Source of the DNA: Myxococcota bacterium
GTDB lineage: Bacteria > Myxococcota_A > UBA9160 > JAFDET01
Assembly (NCBI GenBank): GCA_028278065.1
Contig: JANQFA010000022.1
Location: 13,038-77,037 of the forward strand
Length of the DNA stretch: 64,000 nucleotides
Direction of reading: 5' to 3'
Positions 31,175-39,410 of this stretch are shown in pieces. Numbering within the stretch: the first letter of the stretch is position 1; each line of letters opens with the position of its first letter. Under the pieces are notes generated by a model that saw nothing but the letters and a program-made list of their open reading frames with translations, made no database searches and was not told the DNA's origin. The translations under genes were made by a program, and so were the position numbers.

Positions 31175-31804
31175 CTACTCGCTGGTTCCTTCTCCGCCCG
31201 ACGGCGCGCTGGACACCACCACCCGCGCCGGTCTCAGCAGTCGATCCCGAAGCCGGTAGCCCGTCTCGAACACCTGGATGACGGTGTTCGGGGCGACCGA
31301 CTCATCTGGTTGTTGCGCCATCGCCTCGTGGACCGCCGGGTCGAACGCAGCTCCTTCTGCATCGATCCGCTCCAGCCCGAAGTTCGCGAGGATTGCCAGG
31401 AGCTCCCGCAGGACCATCTCAACGCCCTGCAGAAGTCCCTCCAAGTCCCCGCCCTGGCTGCCCCGTGCAGACTCGATGGCGCGTTCCAGGTTATCGACCG
31501 TAGGCAGCAGGTCCTTGACGAGATTCTGGTGTCCGTAGCGGAACGCCTCCTCCTTTTCCCTGAGGGTCCGCTTTCGGAAGTTCTCGAACTCCGCCTGGAG
31601 CCGCAGGAGCCGCTCCTGGAGCTCGCCGTCCTCACCCTCGGTCGCCCCGGGGCCGCGGCGCTCCTCCTCGCGAGCCTCGACGGCCTCCATGGCCTCGCGC
31701 ATGGCTTCTTCGAGCTCGGGATTGGGCGCCAGGCTGCGCTCGGCGTCCTCTTCGAGGGACTCCCACCCCTCGCTCGCGTCGTCGTCGGGCTTCTCAGGGC
31801 TCAC
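31175..31804 (-). CDS. grpE: Nucleotide exchange factor GrpE
   Basis: [19 protein letters not shown]...DPAVHEAM. The GTG start overlaps the hrcA stop (GTGA). Confidence 0.93.
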   Translation of the reverse strand: MSPEKPDDDASEGWESLEEDAERSLAPNPELEEAMREAMEAVEAREEERRGPGATEGEDGELQERLLRLQAEFENFRKRTLREKEEAFRYGHQNLVKDLLPTVDNLERAIESARGSQGGDLEGLLQGVEMVLRELLAILANFGLERIDAEGAAFDPAVHEAMAQQPDESVAPNTVIQVFETGYRLRDRLLRPARVVVSSAPSGGEGTSE

Positions 31805-32832
31805 GAGGCCAGCTTCTCCTTCACCAACTCCGAGAAGAGCGCCACGAGCGGAACGACCCTCGGGTAGTCCATCCGGCTCGGTCCCAGGACTCCCACGACC
31901 CCGAGGGGTTCGCCCCCCGCGGCGCAGGGCGCGCTCACCATGGCGCAGTCCACCAGCTCGGGCAGCTCGACCTCGTCACCGAACGTGACCGCCACGCCTT
32001 CGCGCTCGAGCACCCGGTCGACGAAGGCGATCAGGGTCTCTCGGGTCTCCACCGCCTCCATCAGGGCGCGCAGGCGGTCCGGATCGTGGAACTCCGGCTG
32101 GGCCAGCAGGGTGCTGCTCGAGGAGAGCAGCACGTCGGCCTGTGCGCGTGACTCGGAGATCAGGGCGTGCACGGCGCTGAGCAGCGCGCGGGCCGCGATC
32201 CGCTCGGCCCGGTCGCGCAGGCGGCGCAGCTCGATCTCGAGGACATCGCGCAGCTCCGCCAGGCTGCGCCCCGCCAGGCGCCTGTTGAGCTCCGACTCGA
32301 TGCCGCGCAGCCGCGCGCCGTCGGCGCGGCTGTCGTCGTCGAGAACACGCTGATAGGTAACACCGGACTGAGACACCAACACGACCAGCACGCGCTGGGA
32401 GGCGACACGCACCAACGCCACACGGCGCAGCGCGACGCGATCGAGCCGCGGCAGCACGGCGAACCCCAGCTGCCGGGTGCACTCCGAGAGGAGCATCGAC
32501 GCGGCCTGCAGCGAGGCGTCGGTCGCCACGCCGCCCATCTCCTGGGAGAGTCGACGGCGCTCCCAGCCGGCGACCCCCTGCGGATCCATCAGCTCGTCGA
32601 CGTAGGTGCGCAGGCCGGCGACCGTGGGAATGCGTCCCGCGGAAGTGTGGGGCTGCTCGATCAGGCCCATCTCGGTCAGCTCGACCATCGTGTTGCGGAT
32701 CGAGGCCGAGGAGAGCTTCACGGCGAGAGTCTGCGAGAGGGTCCCCGAGCCGACCGGCGCACCGCCGGCCACGTAGGCGCGCACCAGCTCGCCCAGCACC
32801 GATTCCTGTCGCTCGGAGAGTCCAGCAGACAT
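31801..32832 (-). CDS. hrcA: Heat-inducible transcription repressor HrcA
   Basis: Internal ATG at 32832. The product begins MSAGLSERQESVLGELVRAYVAGGAPVGSGTLSQ...SSASIRNTMVELTEMGLIEQPHTSAGRIPT. Confidence 0.93.
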   Translation of the reverse strand: MSAGLSERQESVLGELVRAYVAGGAPVGSGTLSQTLAVKLSSASIRNTMVELTEMGLIEQPHTSAGRIPTVAGLRTYVDELMDPQGVAGWERRRLSQEMGGVATDASLQAASMLLSECTRQLGFAVLPRLDRVALRRVALVRVASQRVLVVLVSQSGVTYQRVLDDDSRADGARLRGIESELNRRLAGRSLAELRDVLEIELRRLRDRAERIAARALLSAVHALISESRAQADVLLSSSSTLLAQPEFHDPDRLRALMEAVETRETLIAFVDRVLEREGVAVTFGDEVELPELVDCAMVSAPCAAGGEPLGVVGVLGPSRMDYPRVVPLVALFSELVKEKLAS

Positions 32833-32886
32833 CGAAAAACCCAATGAAATCGAACGCCTATGGGTTAACACCCCGGGGCCCGAGCG

Positions 32887-34080
32887 TCAATCGAAAGGGC
32901 CTTCGACGAAGCCCGCGAATACCGTGTCGGAGAGCATCCGGCCGCGCGCCGTGAGGCGCAGATCCCCCCCCGGAGACTCCTCGAGGAGCCCGGCCGCGCG
33001 GGCCTCGCGGATCGGCCCAGCGAAGAAGGCCCGCGGTGCCGCGCCGAACTCTGCAGTGAACGCGGCGGCTTGCAGGCCCGTCCGGGTGCGCAGGGCGAGG
33101 AAGACCGCCTCGCCCCGGGCGGTGGCCGGGGCCAGGACCTCCCTCCCGTTGGCGGCGGCCGGGAGGCCCGCTTCGACCCGCTCCAGGTAGCCCCGCAGGT
33201 CGCGCGGGTTGTGCTGGCGGGCGCCGTGGGGGGCTGAAGGGCCGCGCGGCTCCACCGACCAGGCGCCCATCCCGAGGCCGAGCACCGGCCTCCGCTCCCA
33301 GTAGCGGCGGTTGTGTACCGACTCGAAGCCCGGTCGGGCGAAGCTCGAGATCTCGTAGGCCTCGATGCCGGCCTCGGCGAGCCGGCGCGGAACGCGCTCC
33401 AGCATCCCCGCGGCCCGCTCCTCGTCCGGCAGCCGCAACACCCCGGACGCGACACCCCGCGCGTAGGGCGTGCCGTCCTCGACCGTCAGGCCATACACGG
33501 AGACATGCTCGGGCCCATGGGCCACCACGGCGTCCAGGTCGGCCTCGAGCTGGGCGGATGTCTGGTCCGGCACGGCGACGATGAGATCGAGGGAGACGTT
33601 GACGAACGCCGCCTCGCGGGCCGCAGTCAGGAAGGCGTGGCCCTCCACGGCGCGGTGGGCGCGGCCCAGCCGCTTCAGGACCGCGTCCTCGAAGGACTGG
33701 ATCCCGACCGATAGCCGGTTCACGCCAGCCCGGCGGAAGGCCGCGAGCCGCGACCGCTCCACGCTGCTCGGATTCGCCTCGAGGGTCACCTCCGGCGCTT
33801 CGGCGCCGGCCGGAAAGGTGCTGCGCACCGCGTCGACCAGACGCGCGACCGAGTCCGGATGCAACAGCCCCGGAGTGCCGCCGCCCAGGTAGATGCTCGC
33901 GAGCCAGAGCCCCTCGAAGTCCGCGCTCCGTGCCGCGAGCTCGGCGAGCAGGGCGGCGACGTAGCGATCCTCGACGTCCCGGGCGAGCGGGCGCGCCGCC
34001 ACGACGGCGAAGTCGCAGTAGGGACAGACCCGCTCGCAGAAGGGAACGTGGAGATAGATGCCGACGCTCTCGTCGCGCAC
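32887..34080 (-). CDS. hemW: Radical SAM heme chaperone HemW / HemN-like
   Basis: GTG at 34080. Features are GIYLHVPFCERVCPYCDF, YLGGGTP and SVGIQSF. The hemW-hrcA-grpE-dnaK-dnaJ order matches that in Bacillus. Confidence 0.88.
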   Translation of the reverse strand: MRDESVGIYLHVPFCERVCPYCDFAVVAARPLARDVEDRYVAALLAELAARSADFEGLWLASIYLGGGTPGLLHPDSVARLVDAVRSTFPAGAEAPEVTLEANPSSVERSRLAAFRRAGVNRLSVGIQSFEDAVLKRLGRAHRAVEGHAFLTAAREAAFVNVSLDLIVAVPDQTSAQLEADLDAVVAHGPEHVSVYGLTVEDGTPYARGVASGVLRLPDEERAAGMLERVPRRLAEAGIEAYEISSFARPGFESVHNRRYWERRPVLGLGMGAWSVEPRGPSAPHGARQHNPRDLRGYLERVEAGLPAAANGREVLAPATARGEAVFLALRTRTGLQAAAFTAEFGAAPRAFFAGPIREARAAGLLEESPGGDLRLTARGRMLSDTVFAGFVEGPFD

Positions 34081-34125
34081 CCGGCAAGGGTAGCCGCCAG
34101 CGGTCCGGCCGCGCCGGGCGGCGCT

Positions 34126-34222
34126 GCGGCGTCCGGCCGCGTCGGGTAGCGCAGCGGCGTCCGGCCGCGTCGGGCCGCGCTGCCGCGTCGGGTAGCGGGG
34201 CGGCGTCCGGCCGCGTCGGGTA
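34126..34222. repeat. Three dispersed direct copies of GCGGCGTCCGGCCGCGTCGGG(TA) in the hemW / M16 divergent intergenic region
   Basis: Copies start at 34126, 34154 and 34200. An extra CCGCGTCGGGTAGCG fragment lies at 34183-34197. Confidence 0.8.
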
Positions 34223-34233
34223 CCCTCGACGCG

Positions 34234-36801
34234 TTGACCGACCCCGCCGTCCACCGCGAAACCCTCGAACACGGCCTCACCCTGCTCGTCCACCCTGTGC
34301 GCACCACTCCGGTGGCGGCGCTCCAGGTCTTCGCCCGCGTGGGCTCCGCCGACGAGCGTCCCGGAGAGGAGGGGCTGGCCCACTTCCACGAGCACATGCT
34401 CTTCAAGGGAACCGAGCGCCGCGGGGTGGGCGACGTGGCCGGCGAAGTGGAGAACGCCGGAGGACGCATCAACGCCTACACCAGCTTCGACGTCACCAGC
34501 TACCACGCCACCGTCCCCAGCGAGTCGCTGGAGGTGGCCGTCGACGTGCTGGCGGACGCGCTCTGCGGATCCACCTTCGATGCGGAGGAGATCGCCCGCG
34601 AGCGGGAGGTGGTGCTCGAGGAGATCCGGCGCTCCGAGGATTCGCCCGGGCGCGTCCTCTCCAACGCCGTCTTCGAGGCCGCCTACCGGGTGCATCCGTA
34701 TCGGGCGCCGATCCTCGGCACCCCGAAGAGCGTCGCAGCCTTCGACCGCGAGCGGGTCACGGCCTTCTTCGACCGCTGGTACGGAGCGGGCAACCTGCTG
34801 GTCGTCGCCGCCGGCGACCTGGACACGGACTCCGTGCGCGACTCCGTCGCCGGGGCCTTCGCGGGAGCGGCGCGACCCACCCCGGCGCGCGACCGTGCGC
34901 CCGAGCCGCCCCCCGACGCCACGCGCAGTGTCGTCCTGCACCGTCCGTTCGAGCGCGCCTCGCTCGAGGTCTGCTGGCTCACGGTCCCCTTCGCCCACCC
35001 GGACACTCCCTACCTCGATCTGCTGGCCCTGATCCTCGGCCAGGGCGACTCGAGCAGGCTGGTCCGCCGCGTGAAGGAGCGGGACGGCCTGGTGGACAGC
35101 GCCGACGCCTACTCCTACACGCCGCTCGACGCGGGCCTCTTCGGCGCGATGCTCGACCTGGAGGGATCCGCCGTGCGGGCGGCCGTCGACGCGGTGGGCG
35201 CCGAGGTCGAACGGCTGCGGCTGGAGCCCGTCGGTGCCGACGAGCTGGACAAGGCGCGCGCCAACTTCCTGGCCATGGAGCACTTCGAGCGCGAGAGCGT
35301 CGGAGGGCTGGCGCGCAAGCTCGGCAACTTCGAGACCCTCGCCGGCGACTGGCGCGCCGAAGCCCGCTATCTCGACAGCATCCGCACGGCGACCGCCGCG
35401 GACCTGCTGCGGGTGGCACGCGAGTGGCTGACTCCGGAACGCGCGACGATCGGCGCGCTGCTACCCGAAGACGCGCCCGCCGACGTCGACGGAGCGGCGC
35501 TGGTGGACGCGCTCTCCAGCGGCATCCGACGCACCGTGCGCGCCTTCGCACCACCTCCGCACAAGCACACCGGCGAAGGCCTGGAGACCTACTCGCTGCC
35601 AGGAGGCGCCACCCTCCACGTCGCCCGCCGCGAGGCGCCGCCGGTCGTGGCCGCACGCGCTGCCTTCCTGGGCGGACAGCTCGCGGAGACCGAGGCCAAC
35701 GCCGGCATCACGTCGTTCCTCACATCGGTCTGGCTGCGGGGAACCCGCGCCCGTTCCGCCGGCGACTTCGCGCGGGCCGTCGAGTCGCTGGCCTCGGACG
35801 TGGACGGGTTCTCGGGCCGCAACAGCCTCGGCGGCACCTTCGAGTGCACCGACGAAGCCCTCGAGCCGGTCCTCGATCTCTTCGCGGAGATGCTCCTCGA
35901 GCCGGCCTTCGACCCGGACGAGATCGAACGCGAACGCCGCGACACCCTCGCCGCGATCGCGCGGCGCGAAGACCGCCTGGGCGAGCGCACCTATCTCCTC
36001 TTCGGCGAGCGCCACTTCGAGCACCACCCGTACCGGCTTCCCCTGTCGGGCACCGAGGCCTCGGTCTGCTCCTTCACCTGCGACGCCCTCGAGGAGCACC
36101 AGCGCCGGCTCGTGCGCGCGGAGAACCTCGTGATGGGGATCGCCGGCGCAGTCGATCCGGATCGCGTTGCGGAGCTGGTGGCGACGCGGCTCTCCGACCT
36201 GCCCGCAGGCGGATTCGAGCCTCCGGCTCCCGCCGTCGAGAACGTGCCCCACGAGATCCGCACCGCCGAGCTGGTCAAGGACCGCGAGCAGGCCCATCTG
36301 GTGCTGGGCTTCCGCGGCCTGCAGGTGGACGATCCCGACCGCTTCGGCCTCGAGGTCATCACCCAGCTCCTGGCCGGGCAGAGCGGCCGTCTCTTCCTCG
36401 AGCTCCGCGACCGCCAGGGGCTCGCCTACACCGTGACCGCGATCAACGTGGAGGGCGTCCACCCCGGCACTTTCTCCCTCTACATGGGCACCGCCCCCGA
36501 GAAGCTGGACCGCGCGCGCCGCGGCATGCTCGAGCAGCTCGAGCGGCTCCTCAACGAGCCGCCCGGCGAGGCGGAGCTGGACGGCGCGCGGCGCCACCTG
36601 ATCGGCAACTTCGTGATCGACGAGCAGCGCGCGGCCACACGCGCCGCACACCTGTCCCTGGACGCCCTCTACGGTCTGGGCGCCGACGCCGACCGCCGCT
36701 ACGCCGATGCGGTGCGCGCCGTGACGCCCGAAGACGTGCTGCGCATCGCGCGTCGCGTGATCGACCTCGACGCCTACACCCTGGCGACGATCCACCCCTG
36801 A
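34234..36801 (+). CDS. M16 (pitrilysin) family zinc protease, duplicated two-module form
   Basis: 855 aa with a TTG start. It has the inverted zinc motif HFHEHMLFKGT, and the second half repeats the M16 inactive-domain pattern. Confidence 0.88.
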   Translation: MTDPAVHRETLEHGLTLLVHPVRTTPVAALQVFARVGSADERPGEEGLAHFHEHMLFKGTERRGVGDVAGEVENAGGRINAYTSFDVTSYHATVPSESLEVAVDVLADALCGSTFDAEEIAREREVVLEEIRRSEDSPGRVLSNAVFEAAYRVHPYRAPILGTPKSVAAFDRERVTAFFDRWYGAGNLLVVAAGDLDTDSVRDSVAGAFAGAARPTPARDRAPEPPPDATRSVVLHRPFERASLEVCWLTVPFAHPDTPYLDLLALILGQGDSSRLVRRVKERDGLVDSADAYSYTPLDAGLFGAMLDLEGSAVRAAVDAVGAEVERLRLEPVGADELDKARANFLAMEHFERESVGGLARKLGNFETLAGDWRAEARYLDSIRTATAADLLRVAREWLTPERATIGALLPEDAPADVDGAALVDALSSGIRRTVRAFAPPPHKHTGEGLETYSLPGGATLHVARREAPPVVAARAAFLGGQLAETEANAGITSFLTSVWLRGTRARSAGDFARAVESLASDVDGFSGRNSLGGTFECTDEALEPVLDLFAEMLLEPAFDPDEIERERRDTLAAIARREDRLGERTYLLFGERHFEHHPYRLPLSGTEASVCSFTCDALEEHQRRLVRAENLVMGIAGAVDPDRVAELVATRLSDLPAGGFEPPAPAVENVPHEIRTAELVKDREQAHLVLGFRGLQVDDPDRFGLEVITQLLAGQSGRLFLELRDRQGLAYTVTAINVEGVHPGTFSLYMGTAPEKLDRARRGMLEQLERLLNEPPGEAELDGARRHLIGNFVIDEQRAATRAAHLSLDALYGLGADADRRYADAVRAVTPEDVLRIARRVIDLDAYTLATIHP

Positions 36802-36856
36802 CGCGAGGGGCGGGCGCCCGGACTCCCGCGACGAGGCGCCGGGCGGGATCGCGCAG

Positions 36857-38587
36857 CTAGTACCCGAGGGCCAGGCCGTCGCGACGGGGATCGTTGCCGC
36901 CGTAGCGAATGCCGGTCTCCGGATCGACGACGATGATCTCGGCGGCCGACCAGCGCCCCCCCGGCTCCACTTCGTGACCGCGCTCGCGGAGCGCCTCGAC
37001 CACGTCGGCGGGAACCCCCTCCTCGACCCCGAGCTTGTCCGGGAACCACTGGTGATGCACGCGCGGCGCGGCCACAGCCGCCTGGGGGTCCATCTCGAAG
37101 TCGAAGACGTTGACGATGGTCTGGAGCGTGGTGGAGATGATGCGCGGACCGCCGGGACTGCCGGTCACCATGCGCACCCGGCCGCCCTCCACCACGATGG
37201 TCGGCGTCATGCTGGACAGCGGGCGTTTCCCCGGCGCGATGGCGTTGGCGCCGCGGGTATCGACGAGCCCGTAGAAGTTCGGGGCGTTGACGTCCTTGGC
37301 GAAGTCGTCCATCTCGTTGTTCAACAGCACCCCGGTACCCGGAACGGTGACCCAGGATCCGTAGGGCGCATTGATCGTGAGCGTGATGGCCACCGCGTTG
37401 CCTTCGCCGTCGACGACCGAGAGGTGGGTGGTGCCCGCGTCGTCGGGCGGGTTGCCGGGACCCTCGACGCGCGTCACCACCTCGGCGCGACCCCAGGTCC
37501 ACGGCGCCCGCTTCCAGCGCGGCGGATTGATGCGCGCACGCAGACGCGCGGCGTAGGACGGATCGATCAGGAAGGCGACCGGGACGTCGACGAAGTCCGG
37601 GTCGCCCAGCCACGCGGCGCGATCGGCGAAGGCGAACTTCATCGCCTCGGCGAGCCGGTGGATCGCCGCCGACGAGCCGGGCCCGTGCGCGGCCAGGTCG
37701 AATCCCTCCAGGATGTTGAGGGCCTGCACCAGGGCTACGCCGCCGGATGAGGGCGGCGGGAAGGAGATGATCTCCCGACCGCGGTACTGGCCGCGCACCG
37801 CCTCGCGCACGACCGGCCGGTAGCTCGCCAGGTCCTCCATCGTGATGAGCCCGCCGAGCCGCTTCATCTCGTCGGCGATCGCCCGTCCCACCCGACCGCC
37901 GTAGAAGCCGGGCGGTCCCTCGGCCGCGATCGCGCGCAGGGTGCGGCCCAGGTCGCGCTGCACCACGCGGTGACCCGGCTCGGCCGGAGCGCCTCCGGGG
38001 CCGTACTGGATCGCAGCCGTCTCGGGGAAACGCTCGGGCAGCCCGTACCGTGCCATGCGGCGCTGCAGGCGTGCCTGGGCGGGACCGATCTCGAAGCCCT
38101 CCTCGGCGGCGCGAATCGCCGGGCGCAGGACCTGCGCCAGACCGAGGGTCCCGTGCTGCTCGAGGGCGAGAGCCAGGCCGGCGACCATCCCGGGAGTCCC
38201 GGAGGCCAGCGGACCGAAGAGCGACGCGCGCTCGGGGACACCTTCGCGGATGTACATGTCGCGGGTAGCCGCGGCGGGCGCGGTCTCACGGCAGTCGATC
38301 GCCACGACCGTGCCGTCGGCCTTGCGGATCAGGATGAAGGCGCCGCCGCCGAGTCCGGTGGACTGGGGCTGGGTCACGTTGACGGCGAAGCCGGCCGCCA
38401 CCGCCGCGTCCACCGCGTTGCCCCCTGCGCGCAGCATGGCCAGGCCAGCGCGCGTCGCGTCGGGCTGGGAGGTGACGACCATCACCTCCTGGCCGCGAGC
38501 GGGAGCCCGGCTCGCGGCGCGGGACGGCGCGGCGGCGCCCAGAGCCGCGATCAGGACGAGGGCGACGGCGAGGCGGATCCGCGTCAT
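36857..38587 (-). CDS. ggt: Gamma-glutamyltranspeptidase
   Basis: Internal ATG at 38587 precedes a signal peptide (MTRIRLAVALVLIAALGAAAP). The autoprocessing site is DDAGTTHLSVVD, with PGKRPLSSMTP downstream. Confidence 0.92.
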   Translation of the reverse strand: MTRIRLAVALVLIAALGAAAPSRAASRAPARGQEVMVVTSQPDATRAGLAMLRAGGNAVDAAVAAGFAVNVTQPQSTGLGGGAFILIRKADGTVVAIDCRETAPAAATRDMYIREGVPERASLFGPLASGTPGMVAGLALALEQHGTLGLAQVLRPAIRAAEEGFEIGPAQARLQRRMARYGLPERFPETAAIQYGPGGAPAEPGHRVVQRDLGRTLRAIAAEGPPGFYGGRVGRAIADEMKRLGGLITMEDLASYRPVVREAVRGQYRGREIISFPPPSSGGVALVQALNILEGFDLAAHGPGSSAAIHRLAEAMKFAFADRAAWLGDPDFVDVPVAFLIDPSYAARLRARINPPRWKRAPWTWGRAEVVTRVEGPGNPPDDAGTTHLSVVDGEGNAVAITLTINAPYGSWVTVPGTGVLLNNEMDDFAKDVNAPNFYGLVDTRGANAIAPGKRPLSSMTPTIVVEGGRVRMVTGSPGGPRIISTTLQTIVNVFDFEMDPQAAVAAPRVHHQWFPDKLGVEEGVPADVVEALRERGHEVEPGGRWSAAEIIVVDPETGIRYGGNDPRRDGLALGY

Positions 38588-38669
38588 GCCGAGCACGCTA
38601 CCACACGACCGGTTGACAGCAGCCGTCCGCACCCGTACCCGTAGCGTGCGGAGCGCACGGGGGGAGTCG

Positions 38670-39233
38670 ATGGGTCCGACCAGAACGATCACCTGTCTCG
38701 GCACTGCGGCGATGCTGGCGGTCGCGCTCGGCTGCAACTCGGCGCCCAGCGGGAGTGCGGCCCTGCTCGAGGTGGAGGGCCACGGCACCATCCGCATCGA
38801 ATTCATGCGCGACGTGGCGCCCGAGACCGTCGGCAACTTCATCACTCTGGCGAACGAGGGCTTCTACGACGGCACCACCTTCCACCGGGTGATCCCCGAC
38901 TTCATGATCCAGGGCGGCGATCCCTACTCCAAGAACGACGATCCTTCGGACGACGGCATGGGGGGGCCGGGCCGGGCCATCGCGGACGAGTTCAGCAACG
39001 TGGCCCACGTGCGCGGCGTCGTCTCGATGGCCAACAAGGGCTACCCCAACTCGGGCGGGAGCCAGTTCTTCATCGTGATCAAGGACTCGAGCTTCCTGGA
39101 TGGGAAGTACGCCGCCTTCGGCCGGGTGACCGAGGGGATCGAGGTGGCGGACGCGATCGCCGGGGTCGAGCGCGATCCCCGCGATCGCCCCCTCGAGAAC
39201 GTGACCGTCACCCGCGTCCGCATCGTGGAGTAG
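38670..39233 (+). CDS. Cyclophilin-type peptidyl-prolyl isomerase, lipoprotein
   Basis: ATG at 38670 after GGGGAG. Lipobox LAVALGC, then FHRVIPDFMIQGGDP...SMANKGYPNSGGSQFFI. Confidence 0.92.
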   Translation: MGPTRTITCLGTAAMLAVALGCNSAPSGSAALLEVEGHGTIRIEFMRDVAPETVGNFITLANEGFYDGTTFHRVIPDFMIQGGDPYSKNDDPSDDGMGGPGRAIADEFSNVAHVRGVVSMANKGYPNSGGSQFFIVIKDSSFLDGKYAAFGRVTEGIEVADAIAGVERDPRDRPLENVTVTRVRIVE

Positions 39234-39314
39234 GCGGGGCGCGGAGCACGGCTCGCCCGGCCTCCTGCGGCGTCTAGCCCTCGCCCGATCCGCGGGCTAG
39301 ATTCCGTCCCCCGT

Positions 39315-39390
39315 GGCCCGGTAGCTCAGTTGGTAGAGCACGCGACTGAAAATCGCGGTGTCGCCAGTTCGATTCTGGCCTGGGCCACCA
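39315..39390 (+). tRNA. tRNA-Phe (GAA)
   Basis: GGCCCGGTAGCTCAGTTGGTAGAGCACGCGACTGAAAATCGCGGTGTCGCCAGTTCGATTCTGGCCTGGGCCACCA folds as a cloverleaf. It has a 7-bp acceptor stem, anticodon loop CTGAAAA, T-loop TTCGATT and an encoded CCA. Confidence 0.95.
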
Positions 39391-39410
39391 CTTCCACCCC
39401 GCGCACGGGA

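Noticed and set aside
32833-32886. Looked for CIRCE in the hemW-hrcA gap and found only AACCCA-N17-TGGGTT followed by TTTTT.
   Set aside because: It does not match the CIRCE consensus. The stem is only 6 bp with a 17-nt loop, so neither an operator nor a terminator call is supportable.
39315-39410. tRNA-Phe as the attachment site of a genomic island covering the downstream secreted-enzyme block.
   Set aside because: No integrase, no visible direct repeat of the tRNA 3' end downstream, and no composition shift that I could see.
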